NCBI GenBank assembly: GCA_964016885.1
Contig: OZ024751.1
Span: forward strand, 31,248,001 to 31,312,000
Length of the DNA stretch: 64,000 nucleotides
Source of the DNA: Eledone cirrhosa
Taxonomy: Eukaryota
Direction of reading: 5' to 3'
Under the pieces are notes generated by a model. It ran no database searches. It was not told the origin of the DNA and worked only from the letters and a program-made list of their open reading frames with translations. Both the position numbers and the translations under genes were made by a program. Below are positions 34,381-50,335 of the stretch, in pieces; position 1 is the stretch's first letter; the number at the start of each line of letters is the position of its first letter.

Positions 34381-34450
34381 TATATTTTGCCTGATGAGGA
34401 CGTACTGAAAAAACAACACAGTACCTCTGAAATATATATAATAAAGTATA
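34381..34450 (+). ncRNA. Type I hammerhead ribozyme motif (same class as 27315)
   Basis: TATATTTTGC-CTGATGA-GGA C GTACTG (11 nt) CAGTAC C TCT-GAAA-TATATA-TA-ATAAAGTATA; first stem I pair mismatched; downstream flank resembles 27380-27420. Confidence 0.7.
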
Positions 34451-34886
34451 TATTTTGATTATGAGAATATTTTTCATTTGTTAATATTTTGAATAATATA
34501 AAAAAAACTCCAGGAAAACCTGTTACTGTTCAGTGCTTCTAATCTATTGTAAAATTGTATTAATTGAGTATTCAACGAACCACACTAATCTTTGGTTATA
34601 TACATATAGTTTAGTGTGGTAGGTGCTATATATTTATTTTCTTATTAATGCCGAAATAAATTAACTCCCGTGAACAAGTACCAGTGATATGTTGAGTTGA
34701 TTAGCAACCCCCCCCCCCCCCCCCATCCAACAAATCAATATCAGTGATTATGCATTAATCTATACTTCTGTTTATTGAAATGTCAAGCATATCACTATTT
34801 TATCCGCACTACTATGTGGATCAATAACACACACAATATACACACACACACATACAGACAACATACATATACATAGTCATACGTAT

Positions 34887-34940
<54 letters not shown>

Positions 34941-35338
34941 GGGGTTTGTACACTTTTCCTCTCCCCAATTTCCCTCACAAAGCATTTGTAGAAGTCCCTA
35001 GCTCAAAGTATTATGCAGTGTGACCGAACTCAGAAGAAATTGGTTGTAAATATATTTGTAGTGTGAGTTACTATGGAGATTATAAAGAATCGTATTGGTA
35101 AGAGACCCTGACCAACCTCAGGCAAATTTTTCAACCCTTAACTTATGAAACTTTCTATGGGGGAACATAAAAAAAAACATTTAAAAATAATGGCTGGCAA
35201 AAACTGGTTATGTAGGACTCAATAACTTAATGTTGGAGTAGAATTAATTTATTCAAGTTAAGTGCCAATTGACTGGGACTTCGAAGTATATGCTCATGCA
35301 GATACGATATGTATATACACACATATATATATATATAT

Positions 35339-35371
<33 letters not shown>

Positions 35372-35864
35372 CTGTATATACTGTATATACACTCGTATAC
35401 TTGTGTATTTTATATCATATATATTTAGGTAATTTTGTTTAAATGAACACGTTTAAATAGAAGTGAAAGCTAATCATACAAATACGTTTGAGTGTATATA
35501 TATGTGTGTGTGTGTATATGTGTGTCTGTATGTGTGTGTTTGTATGTGTGTGTGTATGTATGTATGCGTAGTTAAACAAATATCGATTTCAAAGAGTGTA
35601 AACTGTTAAAAGTGTGAAGTCAATACTTACTGAGTTTCACTGTAAATCCTTTTTAATTGAAACCTAGCTACATATAAACACAATATATATGTACACATAT
35701 ATATGTATAGATATATGTATGTTGTAATGATTGTAAAATAAATCCGAGGTTCCGAGGTGTGTAAACCAATTTTGTTCACACAAAAGATAAGATTTGGTGT
35801 GTTTTTGCAGGGGAGTCAATGTTTGTATTGTTGATGCTAATCTCTATCGCTGGAGGGTGACAGA

Positions 35865-35901
<37 letters not shown>

Positions 35902-36304
35902 ATATTTATATAATATATGTGTGTAATGTAATGTGGGGTGTGGTTTACGGTAGGGAGCCGAATTCGAATTAAACTGTCAGATATTGCACTGATATCTACA
36001 TTAGGGTCAATAAAACAAGACGACCCCTATTGCGTAACTGACATATCATGTTTTGAGACGACTGAATGACAAGACAACACACCAAACAAACCAGACCAGT
36101 CGGTGCGGGAGGTGGAGTGAGTGATGGTGAGAGGAGAACGAGGAGGAGGTGGTGGCGTGAGTGACAGTTGGGGTGTTGGCGGAGGAGGGGAGAGGTGGCA
36201 GAAGGATTATGATCGATCTATATCTCTCTTATTCCTTTCTATCTATCTATATCTACACACACACATATATAGACATATATGTATATACACATATATATAC
36301 ACAC

Positions 36305-36396
<92 letters not shown>

Positions 36397-36761
36397 ATAT
36401 ATATATATTCTGTTTTTACAACTGTGTCCGTGAGTTCGTTATGCGTCTGTGCGTTCCTATGTGTATGTATGTATTATACATATCTGTGTGTGTTTGACAA
36501 TATAACAGGTGGGACACAAACATTTAAATATAATCAAAGAATTTAAAAATACAACTGATAAAAAACATCATTTGGTGAACATTCACAAAGAACAGACCAA
36601 ATTCACCCACCCGGCCACCTACGTAACTATCTACCTTCTTATCAATCGACGTACCTAACCACCCACAGACCCACCTACAGACCTACCTACCTACCTACCT
36701 ACCCACGTACTTACCTATCAGCAAAATATAGGACTAAGAAAAAATTAGACACACACACACA

Positions 36762-36797
<36 letters not shown>

Positions 36798-37157
36798 AAC
36801 CAGTAAGAACCCTTACTTTCACATACACACACACACACACACACACGCGTACACCTACACACACACACACACCACCTTCAGCCCTCCCCGCTCGGACACT
36901 CCGTCTCCCTCTCCCCACTCCACCCGCCACCACCCCTACACCCCCCCACACCCTTCCACCACCTGTTTTACCCCCCTTTTAATTTCAGTTTATTTTGATC
37001 ATGCTTTTATATTTAAATTTATTTCATTCCTTGTATTTTGATCATGCTTTATTTTTAATTTTATTTTTATTTTTTTCATTCGCACCGTTTCCTTTCGCTA
37101 TATGTCTCTCCACCACTCCCCTACACACCCTTTGAACTCTGTTCCCACACACTTCTC

Positions 37158-37189
37158 ACCTGAGGAAGGGCTTATGCCCGAAACGTCGT
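37158..37189 (+). ncRNA. Minimal type I hammerhead ribozyme motif
   Basis: AC-CTGAGGA-A-GGGC ttat GCCC-GAAAC-GTC-GT; AATAAA about 40 nt downstream. Confidence 0.8.
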
Positions 37190-37546
37190 CCCCCACCAAC
37201 ACCCGACTCTCCAGAGCATGAAATTAATAAACATTCGTTGTACTGCCTCTCTGTTTTGTCCCTGTTCAAATTTTTCCATTATATATATATATATATATAT
37301 ATATTAGGTATAAGATTATCCAAGATGTAGTGATGGTTAATTACTACACTGGATATGGTTGACGTACGGTAAGAGGTTACTCTACGAGTTATCTACGAGT
37401 TATCTACAAGCCACTCTCTCCTACTTCTCCAACCCCTGCATATCTTTCCTTCTCTCTCCTTCTTCCCTACTTTTCTCTCTTCCTGTTCCACTCTATCTTC
37501 CCCAACAACCCCACTTAAGGGTTTTTACATTGTATATTTACCATTC

Positions 37547-37658
37547 TGCTCTGAGGAAACGGTGGTCACAGCATTGGATATTCGAGTTCTGCAAATACTT
37601 GTGAATTTGCACGTAGCGGAACTATGCTGCAGTACCACCGTGGAAACACTTGTAAGCA
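37547..37658 (+). ncRNA. Hammerhead ribozyme motif with greatly extended stem II
   Basis: TGCT-CTGAGGA-aa CGGTGGT..CAGCAT..AGTTC TGCAAAT..ATTTGCA..GAACT ATGCTG..ACCACCG tg-GAAACA ct TGTA-AGCA; AATAAA at about 37664. Confidence 0.72.
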
Positions 37659-37705
37659 CACGGAATAAACTACCTTTTTATGATGTCTACCTGTTATTAT
37701 TCATT

Positions 37706-37744
<39 letters not shown>

Positions 37745-37745
<1 letters not shown>

Positions 37746-38080
37746 TTATCATCATCATCATCGTCGTTTAACGTCCATCTTCCACGCTTGCATGGGTTTG
37801 GACGGGAGTTTTCCCACTTGAGACAAGATTGGTTGTCTTGCTCGCATAGGACTATCTGGCGGGTTTTCTACGGCTGGATGCCCTTCCTAACACCAACCAC
37901 ATTTACAGTGTGGACTGGGAGGTTTTTACCGTGTTACCTACACGGCCACATTACAGCATGGACTGTGTGTTTTTTTTTTCGTGACACCTACACGACCTCA
38001 TTTATTTCGGACTGGATGTTGTGGTACCAACATAACTTTACATTGAAAGGGGTGGTGTGGATGGGGTGGGGGTAGTGGAG
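37745..38080 (-). mobile_element. RTE LINE 3' UTR
   Basis: Matches 26255-26525. Confidence 0.88.
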
Positions 38081-38140
38081 GTAAGTTATTCTGGGTTGAA
38101 TCAGAGGTAACCACAGTAAGTAAGGTACTCAATACATAGC

Positions 38141-38191
38141 AGATTCCTGATGATTTCTAAAGAATGAAACAGTTTTAGTCCTGTAGAATCT
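38141..38191 (+). ncRNA. Type I hammerhead ribozyme motif (63296 class), joined to an inverted pseudo-LTR tail (38085-38140)
   Basis: AGATTC-CTGATGA-T TTC taaa GAA T-GAAACAG ttttagtc CTGTA-GAATCT. Confidence 0.8.
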
Positions 38192-38221
38192 CATCTACAT
38201 TAAAACTATATATATATACAA

Positions 38222-38797
38222 TACAGGGCAATAAAGGTGCAGGGCAATAAAGATAGACGGTAGTCACGGAATAGGCAGACCTAGAAAAACCTGGGACGAG
38301 CTGATAAACTCCGACATCACACACTTACACCTCTCCAAGACAATGTCACTGGACCGAGACCTTTGGCGGTACTCAGTAACAGAGAAGACCCGCCTTACCT
38401 AAATATATAGTAAAACCTACTCCAGCCAGTAGGCATCTCTAACAAAATACACCCCGTCCCACCACCCCCACCCCCACCCGATCCACACCACCCCGTTCTA
38501 TGTAAAGTTATGTTGGTGCCGCGCCATCGAGGCCGAAACAAATGAGATCGTGTAGGTGTCACGACAAAAAAACACACAGTCCACGCTGTAATGTGGCCGT
38601 GTAGGCAACACGGTAAAAACCTCCCAGACCCACACTGTAAATGTGGTTGGTGTTAGGAAGGGCATCCAACTGTAGAAAACCTGCCAGACAGTCCTATGCG
38701 AGCAAGACAATCACTCTTGCCTCAAGTGGGACTACCCCCGTCCAAACCCATGCAAGCGTGGAACACGGACGTTAAACGTTGATGATGATGATGATGA
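38222..38797 (+). mobile_element. RTE LINE 3' end (last codons plus 3' UTR)
   Basis: GRPRKTWDELINSD...RDLWR, homologous to 43410-43580; (GAT)n tail. Confidence 0.9.
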
Positions 38798-38934
38798 ATA
38801 CATAAACAGAGAAAGCCTTAAGCGATACTCCGACCAACTCCAACTCACTCAACAAACATTAGGATATACCTAAGTATTATCCCAATTTAGTGTTTGGGCT
38901 GCTAACTAATCAGTATTTCGTGGATAGCTGGTTG

Positions 38935-42010
<3,076 letters not shown>

Positions 42011-42304
42011 TACTGGCAATTTTGTTGTTGTTGCATGAGCTATACATTTTTATTCTTTTGTGTGCATGTAATATTTATATTTTATCTGATTCCCAATCTA
42101 AAAATCAAGCATTCCACCCAGAGAAGAAGGAGGAGGAGAAGAGGAGGAGGGATAATTGTGGGAAAGAAAAAGAGAGACCAAGACAGAGATAGTGTGTATG
42201 ATTCTATGTGTGTATATTTATATACACACTAACAGACCCACACCCAGTCACACACACACACACACATATATGCTTCTATATATATATATATAGACACACA
42301 CATG

Positions 42305-42348
<44 letters not shown>

Positions 42349-42775
42349 CACATACGTATATCTGATGATGATGATGGCTGCAACCCAATTACAAGTAATG
42401 ACATCACTTGATACTTAGCATGAGCATGACGGACGTGGCTTTTTAGTTTTAGTAAGGGTCTTGCCTATGGCCAGCAATACCATCCATCACAAAAAATGTC
42501 ACATATCAAGCGATGCCTGTGCTTGAAGCTTTTTTAAGTGAGGAAAGGCTTTGCACGGGAGGGGGGGGGGGCAATCCCACTCTCTGAACATCGAATGCAT
42601 TTGCCCTAAAAGAAGAACTAGTCTACATCATTGGATGCAAACAAAGTTGCAGGTTTTATATCAGAGTCACCTTCTCCGAGAGAGATGTCTTAATAAAGAC
42701 TAGATGTTTCTTGCTCCACAAAAAATAATATAAATATATGTATATAACTATATATATAAATATATATATTTCCTA

Positions 42776-43749
42776 CACACTGGGAAATGGCCATGCTCAG
42801 TGTGTAGGAAAGGAGTAGGCAGAAACTCTATTTTATGTCCAAAATGCAAAGTATGGGTGCATAAAAGATGTAGTGGGATCACAGGTAAGCTAACTAAGAA
42901 TATAGATTTTATATGTGGCCGGTGCTCAGGTGCAATAAGTAGCAGCAAGTGCCCACAGAATACTAGCTCATTCCATTGCACAGATGGTTCTATAGAAATA
43001 GTGGACACCTTCCGTTACCTGGGTGACAAAATCAGCAGTGGTGGAGGGTGCTCTGAAAGTACAGTAGCTAGAGTCAGAACGGGATGGAAAAAGTTCAGAG
43101 AGCTTATACCACCATTGGCCGCTAAAGGGTTCTCTCTAAAAATGAAAGGCAGGCTGTATGATGCCTGCATACTAACAGCAATGTTACATGGCAGTGAGAC
43201 TTGGGCATTGAGTGCAGAGGATATATGCAGACTGGAGATGAACGAAGCTTGCATGCTCCACTGGATGTGTAAAAGTAATATACGTGAACGGCAAAGCATA
43301 AACGAACTAAGGGAGAAATTAGGAATAAGAGGGATCAGATGTTGTTTACTCGAGAGAAGACTACATTGGTATGGTCACGTGATGTGCATGAAAGACAACA
43401 GCTGTATAAAAAAGTGCAGGGCGATAAAAATAGACAGTAGCCACGGAGTAGGCAGACCCAGAAAAACCTGGGACGACTTGATAAATTCCGACCTCACACA
43501 CTTACACCTCTCCAAGACAATGTCACTGGACCGAGATCTTTGGCGCTACACAGTAATACAGAAGACCCGCCTTGCCTAAGTACAAAGCGAAACCTACAGT
43601 CAGTAGGCACCTCTAACAATAATACAATAAAACCCGCCAGACAGTCCTATATGAGCAAGACAACCAATCTTGCCTCAAGTGGGAAAATTCCCATCCAAAC
43701 CCATGCTAGCATGGAAGATGGACGTTAAACGATGATGATGATGATGATG
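42776..43749 (+). mobile_element. 5'-truncated RTE LINE with a PHD-like Cys/His finger in the ORF C-terminal half
   Basis: CSVCRKGVGRNSILCPKCKVWVHKRCSG..FICGRC, FRYLGDKI, MLHGSETW, RRLHWYGHV, GRPRKTW; (GAT)n tail. Confidence 0.92.
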
Positions 43750-43874
43750 AAAGGATTACAAAGGAGAGTATATATTCTCCTTTGTAATCCTTTCATTTGT
43801 AACCGCTCTGCTTATTTTCTCGCCCGCTAAATATTAACGCTTCCAATATTTAACCCTGTAGGCACAAGTATGGA

Positions 43875-44585
43875 GCACAAATGCACTAACTAAATGTAAC
43901 AAATGCACTAACTATATGTAACAAATGCACTAACTATATGTAACAAATGCACTAACTATATGTAACAAATGCACTAACTATATGTAACAAATGCACTAAC
44001 TATATGTAACAAATGCCCTAACTATATGTAACAAATGCCCTAACTATATGTAACAAATGCCCTAACTATATGTAACAAATGCCCTAACTATATGTAACAA
44101 ATGCACTAACTATATGTAACAAATGCACTAACTATATGTAACAAATGCACTAACTATATGTAACAAATGCCCTAACTATATGTAACAAATGCCCTAACTA
44201 TATGTAACAAATGCACTAACTATATGTAACAAATGCACTAACTATATGTAACAAATGCACTAACTATATGTAACAAATGCACTAACTATATGTAACAAAT
44301 GCACTAACTATATGTAACAAATGCCCTAACTATATGTAACAAATGCACTAACTATATGTAACAAATGCACTAACTATATGTAACAAATGCCCTAACTATA
44401 TGTAACAAATGCACTAACTATATGTAACAAATGCCCTAACTATATGTAACAAATGCTGCCCTAACTATATGTAACAAATGCACTAACTATATGTAACAAA
44501 TGCCCTAACTATATGTAACAAATGCACTAACTATATGTAACAAATGCACTAACTATATGCACTAACTATATGTAACTAACTATAT
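43875..44585. repeat. 22-bp minisatellite (AACAAATGCACTAACTATATGT)n, about 32 copies
   Basis: Direct tandem units. Confidence 0.96.
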
Positions 44586-44644
44586 GTATCGCGTATCCCT
44601 TTAAACCTCTTCTTGTCTCTCATGATACTTAAATATTCTATAAA

Positions 44645-45100
44645 TATATATACACACACATATGTATATACATATATATATGTGTGTGTGTGTATATATA
44701 TACACACACATATGTATATACATATATATATGTGTGGGTGTGTGTATATATACACACACATATGTATATACATATATATATGTGTGTGTATATATATACA
44801 CACACATATGTATATACATATATATATGTGTGTGTGTGTGTATATATACACACACATATGTATATACATATATATATGTGTGTGTGTGTATATATATACA
44901 CACACATATGTATATACATATACATATGTGTGTGTGTGTATATATATACACACACATATGTATATACATATATATATGTGTGTGTGTGTGTAAATATATA
45001 CACACACATATGTATATACATATATATATGTGTGTGTGTGTATATATATATATGTATGTGTGTGTACATATATATATGTGTGTGTGTGTGTGTATATATA
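44645..45100. repeat. Tandem quasi-palindromic TA/CA/TG unit of about 48 bp
   Basis: TACACACACATATGTATATACATATATATATGTGTGTGTGTA repeated about 9 times. Confidence 0.85.
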
Positions 45101-45189
45101 TAATAAACTGTGATGCACTGACGGCAGTCAATCTCTAATTTAACTGAACTAATTAGTTAATGTCTATTACCTGAACAATAGGAGGCACA

Positions 45190-45735
45190 CCTCCTTGTCT
45201 TGCTCAGGTGCACCTCCATGTCTTGCTCAGGTATACAATCCTGTCTTCTCAGGTACACTACCCTCTCGTCTCAGGTACACCACCCTGTCTTCTCAGGTAC
45301 ACCACCCTGTCTTCTCAGGTACATCACCCTCTTGTCTCAGGTACACCACCCTGTCTTCTCAGGTACATCACCCTCTCGTCTCAGGTACACCACCCTGTCT
45401 TCTCAGGTACATCAGCCTCTCGTCTCAGGTACAACACCCTGTCTTCTCAGGTACACCACCCTGTCTTCTCAGGTATACCACCCTGTCTTCTCAGGTACAT
45501 CACCCTCTTGTCTCAGGTACAACACCCTGTCTTCTCAGGTACACCACCCTGTCTTCTCAGGTACATCACCCTCTCGTCTCAGGTACACCACCCTGTCTTC
45601 TCAGGTACATCACCCTCTCGTCTCAGGTACACCACCCTGTCTTCTCAGGTACACCACCCTGTCTTCTCAGGTACACTACCCTGTCTTCTCAGGTACACCA
45701 CCCTGTCTTCTCAGGTACACCACCCTGTGTTGCTC
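45190..45735. repeat. 22-bp minisatellite (CTCAGGTACACCACCCTGTCTT)n
   Basis: Direct tandem units with two alternating variants. Confidence 0.95.
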
Positions 45736-45802
45736 ATTTAAAGCCAGGTGTTATTATAAGTCAAGGTAATTTTGGATCTATACAGCTCCCATATTAGTCC
45801 TG

Positions 45803-46060
45803 CATAACTGGTCCCTATTTCAGATATCGGATTGGCTATACGCAGCTGGCCCTTATTTCAGACATCTAGTCAGTCTTACATAACTGGTCCCTATTTCAGA
45901 TATCTTGTTGGCTATATGCAGCTGGCCCTTATTTCAGACATCTAGTCAGTCTTACATAACTGGTCCCTATTTCAGATATCTTGTTGGCTATACGCAGCTG
46001 GCCCTTATTTCAGACATCTAGTCAGTCTTACATAACTGGTCCCTACTTCAGATATCTTGT
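45803..46060. repeat. 76-bp tandem repeat (two 38-bp subunits), about 3.4 copies
   Basis: CATAACTGGTCCCTATTTCAGATATC recurs at 45803, 45879, 45955, 46031. Confidence 0.9.
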
Positions 46061-46102
46061 TAGAAGTAAAAAACATAATAAAATCTATATATATAATATA
46101 TA

Positions 46103-46391
46103 CCCAGTCCGAGAATCGAACTCACAACCTTTCAATTGCAAGCCCAATGCTAATCACTAAGCTAGGTGATGCGTTGTGTCCTTGAACAAGACTCTTTATT
46201 TCACGTTGCTCCAGTTTACTCAGCTGTAGAAATGAGTTGGACAACATTGGTGGCATGGAGAGGGGAGGCTGGTATGTATGGGTTACAGCTGGTCTTCCAC
46301 AAACAATACCTTGCCCAGACTTGTGCCTCAGAGGGAAAATTTCTAGGTACAAATCCCATGGTCATTTGTGACCGAAGCGGGGGGGGGGGTC

Positions 46392-46395
<4 letters not shown>
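46103..46395 (+). mobile_element. tRNA-derived SINE with inverted 5' head
   Basis: 46103-46163 matches the 14045 SINE head in minus orientation; the following body (GTGTCCTTGAACAAGAC..GCTCCAGTTTACTCAGCTGTAGAAATGAG) is plus. Confidence 0.7.
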
Positions 46396-46448
<53 letters not shown>

Positions 46449-46459
46449 ATAGGAAGAGG

Positions 46460-46505
<46 letters not shown>

Positions 46506-47096
46506 TAGTTGAGAATGACAGCCTTATCTTCTGATTAATAATGGTTTCTGATTTAGACACAGGATCAACACTTTTGGGAGAGAAGTCATTACTGGTGTAT
46601 TACTGGTACTTTATTTTAATGACTCGGGATTTGAACTCAGAATATAAAGGGACACATTTCTATGCCACAAAGCATGTTGTCCAATACACTAACGAGACTG
46701 CCAATACACCTGAATAATAATACTAATAATAATATAATTGTGTGTGAATGTGATAGTGTGTATATATATGGAAGTGAATGTGTATGTGTGTGCGTAAGTG
46801 TGTGTGTGTGTGTGTGTGTGTGTATCTGCATAAGTGATGGTGAATATTGAAGTGACTATGTATGTATGCATAGGCGTGTGTGTGTGTGTGTGTATCTGCA
46901 TAAGGGAGGGTAAATAAGGAAGTGCCAGTGTGTATGTGTAAAGGGCCGTAACTCTATGCCATGAAGCAGAATGTCTGATACTCTACCAAAATAATAACTA
47001 GGAAGTACCATCTGGACAGTATTGTTGCAGAAAACAGCCTTGCTAGAAACAGCAAGGATTCTAAAGAAGGTGTTGGAAAGTTGAAGGAGGAATGAC

Positions 47097-47410
47097 CCAA
47101 AGGTCCTTTGGCCATTGTCTAGGGCTCGCTCATTTGGTATAGTGTTGGTGTAACATCTGCCAAGGTCCTTTGGCCATTGTCTAGGGCTCGCTCATTTGGT
47201 ATAGTGTTGGTGTAACATCTGCCAAGGTCCTTTGGCCATTGTCTAGGGCTCGCTCATTTGGTATAGTGTTGGTGTAACATCTGCCAAGGTCCTTTGGCCA
47301 TTGTCTAGGGCTCGCTCATTTGGTATAGTGTTGGTGTAACATCTGCCAAGGTCCTTTGGCCATTGTCTAGGGCTCGCTCATTTGGTATAGTGTTGGTGTA
47401 ACATCTGCCA
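47097..47410. repeat. 62-bp tandem repeat, 5 essentially identical copies
   Basis: CCAAGGTCCTTTGGCCATTGTCTAGGGCTCGCTCATTTGGTATAGTGTTGGTGTAACATCTG. Confidence 0.95.
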
Positions 47411-47449
47411 GAGCAAAAGCTTTACGAATAATAATAATAATAATAATAA

Positions 47450-47630
47450 TGTTTCTACTTTTGGCACAAGGCCAGCAATTATCCCAGTGTATTACTGGTA
47501 CTTTATTTTATTGACCCTGTAAGGATGAAAGGCAAAGTTAACATCAGCGGGATTTGAACTCAGAACGTAAAGGACCATAACTCTATGCTGCAAAGCATGG
47601 TTTGAATGCTCTACAGATACTGCCAAACCC
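47450..47630 (-). mobile_element. tRNA-derived SINE (Meta-domain-like); related copies at 46540-46710, 49085-49160 (+) and 52620-52780
   Basis: Minus strand GAGTTCAAATCC..AACTTTGCCTTTCATCCTTAC.GGGTC.ATAAAA..AAGTACCAG. Confidence 0.75.
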
Positions 47631-48074
47631 CCAATAATACTGAAGTGTATTTCTGTTTATTTTTAACTGGTTCTTTGTTTATCTATTGTCAGCGAGTGGG
47701 TCTCTTTTTATTTGTCACCTGAAACAACCTGAAAACATTGTGTTTTGCTAGACACAAATGAAGTTCAAACCACACCAATAGTAACCACTAACAGCCTACA
47801 CATACACACATGGTGTTTTGTAAGAAGACATAAACTCTAGTTACTTCACTAGTTACCATTCAACTATGTCCAATACTATCAACTCCAACTCGTCGTTGTC
47901 GTTGTCGTTGTTGTTGTTGTTGCTGCTACAGTCTACTTAACGAGTTAACTATTTGAAATATTTCTTTTGTCAGAACAACTTTACATAAGTTGTGGAAGTC
48001 ATGTAATACCGTCTTTATCTTAAGTCAGTGAGCTGAAAAGTTTAGAAGTGTCTTACTAAGTAAACTAATAGTTA

Positions 48075-48375
48075 CTGGTTATTGAGTAAAGCTGGGAGTT
48101 TGAGTGGTTATTGAGTAAAGCTGTGAGTTTGAGTGGTTATTGAGTAAAGCCAGGAGTTTGAGTGGTTATTGAGTAAAGCTGGGCGTTTGAGTGGTTATTG
48201 AGTAAAGCCAGGAGTTTGAGTGGTTATTGAGTAAAGCCAGGAGTTTGAGTGGTTATTGAGTAAAGCTGGGCATTTGAGTGGTTATTGAGTAGACCCAGGA
48301 CTTGAGTGGTTAGTGGTTATTGAGTAAAGCCAGAAGTTTGAGTGGTTACTGAGTAGAGCCAGAAGTTTGAGTTGA
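48075..48375. repeat. 29-bp minisatellite (GAGTTTGAGTGGTTATTGAGTAAAGCCAG)n
   Basis: About 10 tandem units. Confidence 0.92.
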
Positions 48376-48779
48376 AGTTCAACTTCTTTTGGCTCCTATA
48401 TCAATCCCCACGTGGTGGTGTGGTGTAGTGGTGTTGTGGTGCTGTGGTGGTGTGGTCTATTGGTGTCGTGGTGCTGTGGTGTAGTGGTGGTGTGGTGTTG
48501 TCGTGGTGGTGTGGTGTTGTGGTGGCCTGGTGCTATGGTGGTGTGATATTGTGATGTAGTGATGATGTGGTGGTGTGGGGGTGTGGTGCCACGGTGGTGT
48601 AGTGGTGTGGTGTTGTGTTGCCGTGTTACACAACCGCACATAAACACACAAATACATACACATACATAAAGACACATACATACTATAGTAATTCTTAAAG
48701 ATGATGACACAATTTATATTCATAGTCATGATTGAATCAGGAGATATATTTACAGATCTGTGTGACAACACCTCGATAT

Positions 48780-49055
48780 TAACATGAATAAGAACTAGTA
48801 TAAACTGGAAATAAACTGGTATAAACATGTTCCAACAGGATAATGACTTGACCACAACCATCTGGGACAAACCTGTCCTAACTGACAAGAAGATCACAGT
48901 GAACTATCTGGATATTATGCGAGAGGGAAGACTGCACTGACATCGACATGTCATGGTTTGGCAGTATATTGAATAACAAGAAGATCACAGTGAACTATCT
49001 GGATATTATGCGAGAGGGAAGACTGCACTGGTATCGACATGTCATGGTTTGACAA
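48780..49055 (+). mobile_element. Decayed Dong/R4-type LINE restriction-like endonuclease fragment
   Basis: WYKHVP..TTIWDKPVLTDKKITVNYLDI..IDMS resembles the WY.H.P..ILWD..I.TD..I..NRPDI..ID motif; last 75 bp or so duplicated. Confidence 0.55.
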
Positions 49056-49656
49056 TATCGGCAGAGTCTCAGATAAATTACTTTGCAATATTTGTTCTGG
49101 ATCTTTGCTTTATGAGTTCAAATCCCACCAAGGTCAACTTTTCCTTTCGTCCTTCCAAGGACAATGATGACAATGATGATGATGAAGATGTGATGACAAT
49201 GATGGTGATGATGATAATGATGACCAAGATCCTGACAATGACAATAGCGATGATGATGATGATTAGGAGGATGGTGATCGTGATGATGATGTGATGACGG
49301 TGACGATGACAATGATGATGGTGACGATGGTGATGATGACGATGGTGATGATGTGATGGTGATGATGATGGTGATTATGATGATGAGGAGGACGATGGGG
49401 ATGGTGATGATGGTGGTGATGCCAATGATGGTGATGATGATGATGACGATGGTGATGATGATGATAAAGAAACATTATTTAATATTGAGATGAAATCATA
49501 ACAGTGTTGAGAAGTTAATTAGAGATTCCCTCATTGAACAAACAACATAAGAAAAGAAAAAAAAATGCTACAAAGAAAGAAAACACAGAAAAAAAAACAA
49601 ACTATATTGTTATTGATGTAAAACTAATAAACTACCTAAATAATGAATGTGTCTGG

Positions 49657-49688
<32 letters not shown>

Positions 49689-50109
49689 GTATATAATATA
49701 TGTATATATATATATATGTACTTATATATATATATATATTATCTAATGATTCTATGGACTTACTTCTTTATATATATATATAATATATATAATATATATA
49801 TAATATATATATAATATATTTATACATACATGTATATATATAATATATTTATACATATATATATATACAAATATACATACATATATATATTAATCATCAT
49901 CATCATCATATATATAATTTCATGGTCTGTTTCAATGTTATATTTATCTCTTGAACTGAGACTAGACTAGATTCATTTGATCGTTGTTGTTGTTGTTGTT
50001 GTTTATCTATGACTTTTATTAAAGATATTTTCTTTTGTTTATTACTTATAGTTAGGGGAAAACACCCCCAACAAACATTGATAAGGGTGTATGTATAAAG
50101 ATGGCAACT

Positions 50110-50335
50110 GGAGTGGAGACTAGGTGGAGTGGAGACAAGGTGGAGTGGGGACTAGAGGGAGTGGAGACTATGTGGAGTGGAGACTAGATGGAGAGGAGAC
50201 TAATTTGAGTGGAGATTATATGGAGTGGAGGCTATATGGAGTGGAGACTAGGTGGAGATTAGGTGAAGTGGAGACTATGTGGACTGGAGACTAGGTGAAG
50301 TGGAGAATATGTGGAGTGGAGACTATGTGGAGAGG
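50110..50335. repeat. GTGGAGTGGAGACTAG-type minisatellite of about 17 bp
   Basis: Direct inspection. Confidence 0.85.

Noticed and set aside
35625-36120. Possible promoter or non-coding first exon on minus strand (GTAAGT donor at about 35630)
   Set aside because: Only short motifs; cannot be supported without transcript data.
47097-47410. 62-bp x5 array as CRISPR or structured RNA array
   Set aside because: Identical head-to-tail units without spacers or a recognisable RNA core.
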